Position numbers and translations under genes: made by a program
Notes under the pieces: generated by a model
What the model saw: the letters and a program-made list of their open reading frames with translations, nothing else
What the model was told of the DNA's origin: nothing
Database searches by the model: none
Assembly (NCBI GenBank): GCA_022428205.1
Contig: JAKMCW010000068.1
Coordinates: 473-64,472 of the forward strand
DNA length: 64,000 nucleotides
From: Flavobacteriales bacterium
Lineage (GTDB): Bacteria; Bacteroidota; Bacteroidia; Flavobacteriales_D; Sanyastnellaceae
Direction: 5' to 3'
Shown here: piece by piece, positions 60,846-64,000 of the stretch
How the letters are laid out: each line of letters starts with the position of its first letter
Numbering within the stretch: position 1 is the first letter of the stretch

Positions 60846-63800
60846 TTACTCGCTGACGAGGAGCTTCTTGACCAACACGTAGTCATTGCTCGACATGCGG
60901 ATCTGGTACATACCGCTAGACAATGTGCTAGCGTCGATGTCCATCACGTATTGCACATCCTCGCTGGCGTTGCCATCAAACAACTCGGCCACGTATCCAC
61001 CGCCCATCGTGTAGAGGTCGATGCGGAGGCGCATGTTGCTGTTCACCACAAACCCGAGCGTAGAGATATCGCTGGTTGGGTTTGGAGAGAGGCCCGTGAT
61101 ACGGATTGGATCCTTCAGGTTGCTCGTACCTGCAGTGAGATCCACAGGTGAGTGACCACCGCTAACCGTGCTGTTTGCACTGTTACCGAACGTACCCGTT
61201 CCGAGGTCGGTGTAGGTGAAGCCGTTGGAGTTTCCGCAGTCGTCCACAACGTTGTAGCTGTAGTCGATCTGCCATCCGAGGCAGCAGTCGAGGTCCATGA
61301 AGATGTCACCGCTAGAAGCCATAGCTCCTTGGCTAGCACCATCGAGGACATACTCACCGGTCCAGAAGAACCAAGCGCTAGCACCGTAGTTCTCGTTCTT
61401 GTTGTTGGCGCCTTCACCAATCTGCAAGCCATAGTAGGCATTCAGAGGCTGGTGCTGGAGCGCGAACTCAGAACCTGCGAAGCGACCCGTACCGCTCATG
61501 GTACCACCGTCCATCACGTAGTACAACCACTCCGTCCAGATCTCAACACCGGGGAAGATCTCTGCACAGTCTTTCTTGTAGTTGTGCAAGCCTGGCAGGG
61601 CGAGCCACTCATTCCAGTCGTGTGCACCTTCGTAGATAGCGTCGAAGATGAATCCGGCATCACCTGCCTCATTCTGTACTTCGAGCACGATGTGCATAGA
61701 GCTGTCCTGCATGACCTCAACGATGCTGCTGCCACCTTCTACGAGGGTGAAGGACTCACCTCCAGAGAAGTTGAACAAGCGGATCGCTTCAGGAGCGCGG
61801 TCGTCACAAGTCTCACCGTTGGCGAGGGCTTCGACGTCACTTGGCATGCAATAGTTGGCAATGTCGCCTGTGGGCACGTAGCCCATCGTGTCAGCCGTCA
61901 TCGTCAACGCCACGTCGCTGTCGCAGTTCTCGATGTACGAAGGAGCGCAAGCTGCGGGAATCTCCGTGAAGTCGAGGACGTCATTCACTCCGTTACCGTT
62001 GTCATCAGCGCAGGTGTACTCTACCGTCTCGCCGTTCTCAATGTCACACGTGTTGGTGAACTGAGGAGCGATGGTGTCGAGCACCACGATGTACTGGTAG
62101 GAGTACTCCGTGTTGGAGTTGCCGCAATCGTCCGTCACCGTAGACGTCCACACACGTGGGAAGACATAGCTTCCTTCGATGTTGTCGTCGTCGCCGGAAC
62201 AACCGTCGCCGAAGGTGATGGTCCGCAGCTGCTGCTGGCTTCCATCTCCTTGTGGGAAGATTTGAGCGAAGATTTGACCGTTCAGGTCACCGTCAGTGGT
62301 GACTTGAGCAACCAACACCTTACCGTCAGCATCAGCATAACCATTGGATGCGCCGTTGAGCATGTAGAAAGCACCGCCGAACAGGCTGCTGATCACTACA
62401 TCTTCTCCGTTCTCGAAACGCGTGTACCACTGATCTCCCGCGGTTTGAATCGCAGCAACAGGCTCCTCTCCGAGGTCTGCATTTGGAATGGAGTCCAAAC
62501 CGATCGTGATGTAGCTGTCGTACTCCAAATCAGGGAAGGTCTCGAAGAGGTCGTGGTTCAGGTCGTTTGGCGTATGAGAGCCAATCGGGTGCTGATAGAA
62601 GCTCGTGCTCGTGCGGATCTGGGTGCTAAATGAACCCTCTCCACTGACTGAGCTCAAGAAGTCTCCAGCAGCAGGAAGCACTGCATAGATGCGGTAAGTG
62701 CTCATACCAGCGAGTTCGCCCGTTGTGTGCACGGCCACCGTATCAATTTCAACATTCGCTGAGCCGAAGAGGTCGTCGAAGTTGGCAGGATCATCCTCAT
62801 AAGACACCTCAATGGCGACATCGCTGTCACAGTTGTCTGCAGCCTCCACACCTGGCTCCATCGCTGGCGTCACGTCAGCCATGCAATCCAAGTCGAGGTA
62901 GAGCGTGTCCGTAGGCAGGGTAGCCAAGGTCTGCGTTGGAGCCAAGTCGTCAATGACGGTGATGGTCTGGTCGCAGGTCACACTGTGGCTGTTACCGCAG
63001 TCATCCGTCGCCGTAGAAGTGAACGTACGCACGAAGCTGTATGATCCGTCGAGTTGGTCGTCATCTCCTGCACAGCTGTAGCTAGGAGCAGCGTCTGCAT
63101 AGGTGATTTCAATCGACACCTCGGAGTCACAGTTGTCAGTACCAGAACCTGTTGCCATACCGAGAGCATCAGTGCTCAGGTCAGCCTCACAGTTGGCATC
63201 CAACATGACCGTTTGATCATCAGGACAAGAAATGCTCGCCTCAGGTGCGATGTTGTCTTCGACCACAATCAGCTGATCACAAGACTCCTCAGAGACGTTG
63301 CCGCAGTCATCAACAGCAGAGGCCGTCCAGGTACGAACGATTTCGTAACCGCTGGTTCCGCATGTGTAGGTGGCAGCACCATCGCTGTAGCTATAGGTGA
63401 TGGTCACATCCGTATCACAGTCATCCGTCGCCAAGGCGAAGGCACTTCCTGTGATGGAAGGATCGAGATCGGCCATGCAATCTGCATCCAGCTGGACCGT
63501 AGCCGTGTCTGGGCAGGTCAGCGAGATAGACGGACCAGTGATATCGAACGTGTTGATTACCTGCGTGCAGATCTCAGTAGTGGAGTTGCCATTGCAGTCA
63601 ATCGCCGTCACCGTGAAGGTCCGTACGAAGTTGTAGCTGCCCTCTGGATTCGCATCCACACCGACCAAGCTGCAGTCAAACTCAACTTCATCGCTATAGG
63701 TGTAGCTCACATCCAGATTCTCATCACAGTTGTCAGTGGCAATCCACTCAACCTCACCCAAGGCAGCCAAGCTTGTATCCAAGCTCGCGAAGCAAGAACC

Positions 63801-64000
63801 AACGAGGTTGGCACCGTTCGGACAATCGAGCGTCAACTCTGGAGCGCTGTTGTCAATCACCGTGATCACCTGATCACCGGAGGCAAAGCCTGAGTTTCCG
63901 CACAAGTCGATAACCGTCACTTTCCAGGTACGGGTAAAGGTATAGGTGCCTGTCTCCTCACCACAGTCGTAGCTAGGAGGACCGTCGAGGTATGAGATCA
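60846..64000 (-). CDS. giant T9SS-secreted HYR-repeat adhesin, paralog of 32050..41352 (5' end outside window)
   Basis: The frame stays open from 63920 to the window edge (...ISYLDGPPSYDCGEETGTYTFTRTWKVTVIDLCGN). Same order of HYR repeats, domain X, domain Y and type-A CTD (PIRITGLSPNPTSDISTLGF...SGMYQIRMSSNDYVLVKKLLVSE). Confidence 0.9.
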   Translation of the reverse strand, partial: ISYLDGPPSYDCGEETGTYTFTRTWKVTVIDLCGNSGFASGDQVITVIDNSAPELTLDCPNGANLVGSCFASLDTSLAALGEVEWIATDNCDENLDVSYTYSDEVEFDCSLVGVDANPEGSYNFVRTFTVTAIDCNGNSTTEICTQVINTFDITGPSISLTCPDTATVQLDADCMADLDPSITGSAFALATDDCDTDVTITYSYSDGAATYTCGTSGYEIVRTWTASAVDDCGNVSEESCDQLIVVEDNIAPEASISCPDDQTVMLDANCEADLSTDALGMATGSGTDNCDSEVSIEITYADAAPSYSCAGDDDQLDGSYSFVRTFTSTATDDCGNSHSVTCDQTITVIDDLAPTQTLATLPTDTLYLDLDCMADVTPAMEPGVEAADNCDSDVAIEVSYEDDPANFDDLFGSANVEIDTVAVHTTGELAGMSTYRIYAVLPAAGDFLSSVSGEGSFSTQIRTSTSFYQHPIGSHTPNDLNHDLFETFPDLEYDSYITIGLDSIPNADLGEEPVAAIQTAGDQWYTRFENGEDVVISSLFGGAFYMLNGASNGYADADGKVLVAQVTTDGDLNGQIFAQIFPQGDGSQQQLRTITFGDGCSGDDDNIEGSYVFPRVWTSTVTDDCGNSNTEYSYQYIVVLDTIAPQFTNTCDIENGETVEYTCADDNGNGVNDVLDFTEIPAACAPSYIENCDSDVALTMTADTMGYVPTGDIANYCMPSDVEALANGETCDDRAPEAIRLFNFSGGESFTLVEGGSSIVEVMQDSSMHIVLEVQNEAGDAGFIFDAIYEGAHDWNEWLALPGLHNYKKDCAEIFPGVEIWTEWLYYVMDGGTMSGTGRFAGSEFALQHQPLNAYYGLQIGEGANNKNENYGASAWFFWTGEYVLDGASQGAMASSGDIFMDLDCCLGWQIDYSYNVVDDCGNSNGFTYTDLGTGTFGNSANSTVSGGHSPVDLTAGTSNLKDPIRITGLSPNPTSDISTLGFVVNSNMRLRIDLYTMGGGYVAELFDGNASEDVQYVMDIDASTLSSGMYQIRMSSNDYVLVKKLLVSE
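60849..61112 (-). other. T9SS type-A C-terminal sorting domain
   Basis: DPIRITGLSPNPTSDISTLGFVVNSNMRLRIDLYTMGGGYVAELFDG...LSSGMYQIRMSSNDYVLVKKLLVSE. Confidence 0.8.
61281..61823 (-). other. domain Y copy 3
   Basis: ANGETCDDRAPEAIRLFNFSGGE...FALQHQPLNAYYGLQIGEGANNKNENYGASAWFFWTGEYVLDGASQGAMASSGDIFMDLDCC. Confidence 0.6.
62202..62759 (-). other. domain X copy 5
   Basis: STYRIYAVLPAAGDFLSSVSG...TSTSFYQ...YDSYITIG...GGAFYMLNGASNGYADADGKVLVAQVTTDGDLNGQIFAQIF. Confidence 0.7.
62790..64000 (-). repeat. HYR-like repeat array of the paralogous adhesin (continues beyond window)
   Basis: Same DN/DD-x-AP...CP.D...TDNCD...RTWTA..DDCGN pattern repeated at least 5 times. Confidence 0.75.

Noticed and set aside
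32050-64000. Mobile genomic island or composite transposon bounded by the inverted adhesin paralogs
   Set aside because: No integrase, transposase, tRNA attachment site or terminal inverted DNA repeats were seen. Housekeeping genes (lpdA, xseA, xseB) are interleaved, and base composition looks uniform.

Overview
GC-rich chromosomal segment from a Bacteroidota-type organism. The assignment rests on T9SS type-A and gliding-motility type-B C-terminal sorting domains, a CarboxypepD_reg-type TonB receptor, DUF1573 and a Lacal_2735-like peptide; these family names are recalled from memory, since no search was possible. I call about 43 protein genes. I saw no rRNA, tRNA, CRISPR array, transposase, integrase or reverse transcriptase. 

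1-20 kb: FtsX permease fragment, glycosyltransferase, TlpA-like oxidoreductase, ppk1-ppx, and a peroxiredoxin. A dense light/UV cluster follows, with three cryptochrome/photolyase-family paralogs: Cry-DASH-like, Fe-S (6-4)-photolyase-like, and a third divergent member. The cluster also holds a 48-aa DUF2256-type ORF absent from the ORF track, an RDD protein, an OM beta-barrel, an alpha/beta hydrolase, a flavin-reductase-like protein, an atypical SDR and a Lacal_2735-like peptide. DUF1573, valS and DoxX come next. 

20-32 kb: a 1321-aa secreted protein with two tandem alpha/beta-hydrolase-like modules, a TonB-dependent receptor, an S4 protein, a fused 2-oxoacid dehydrogenase E1, obg and adk. 

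32-64 kb: a secreted-protein island. Two giant HYR-repeat adhesin paralogs in inverted orientation (3100 aa, and more than 1050 aa running off the window) bracket further T9SS cargo, a GH13 amylase, a vanadium-haloperoxidase-like enzyme, a Dps-like protein, lpdA and xseAB. 

Most interesting points:
- An unassigned ~170-190-aa domain (called X here) is present five times in four T9SS proteins.
- A second unassigned domain (Y) is present three times.
- A Cys-bracketed dockerin-like C-terminal tail is shared by three unrelated enzymes, with no recognisable cohesin. I raise, as a hypothesis only, a scaffold/dockerin-type surface display system.
- The photolyase supercluster carries tightly coupled accessory genes of unknown role.

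All family assignments come from motif reading by eye, and all coordinates are hand-counted.
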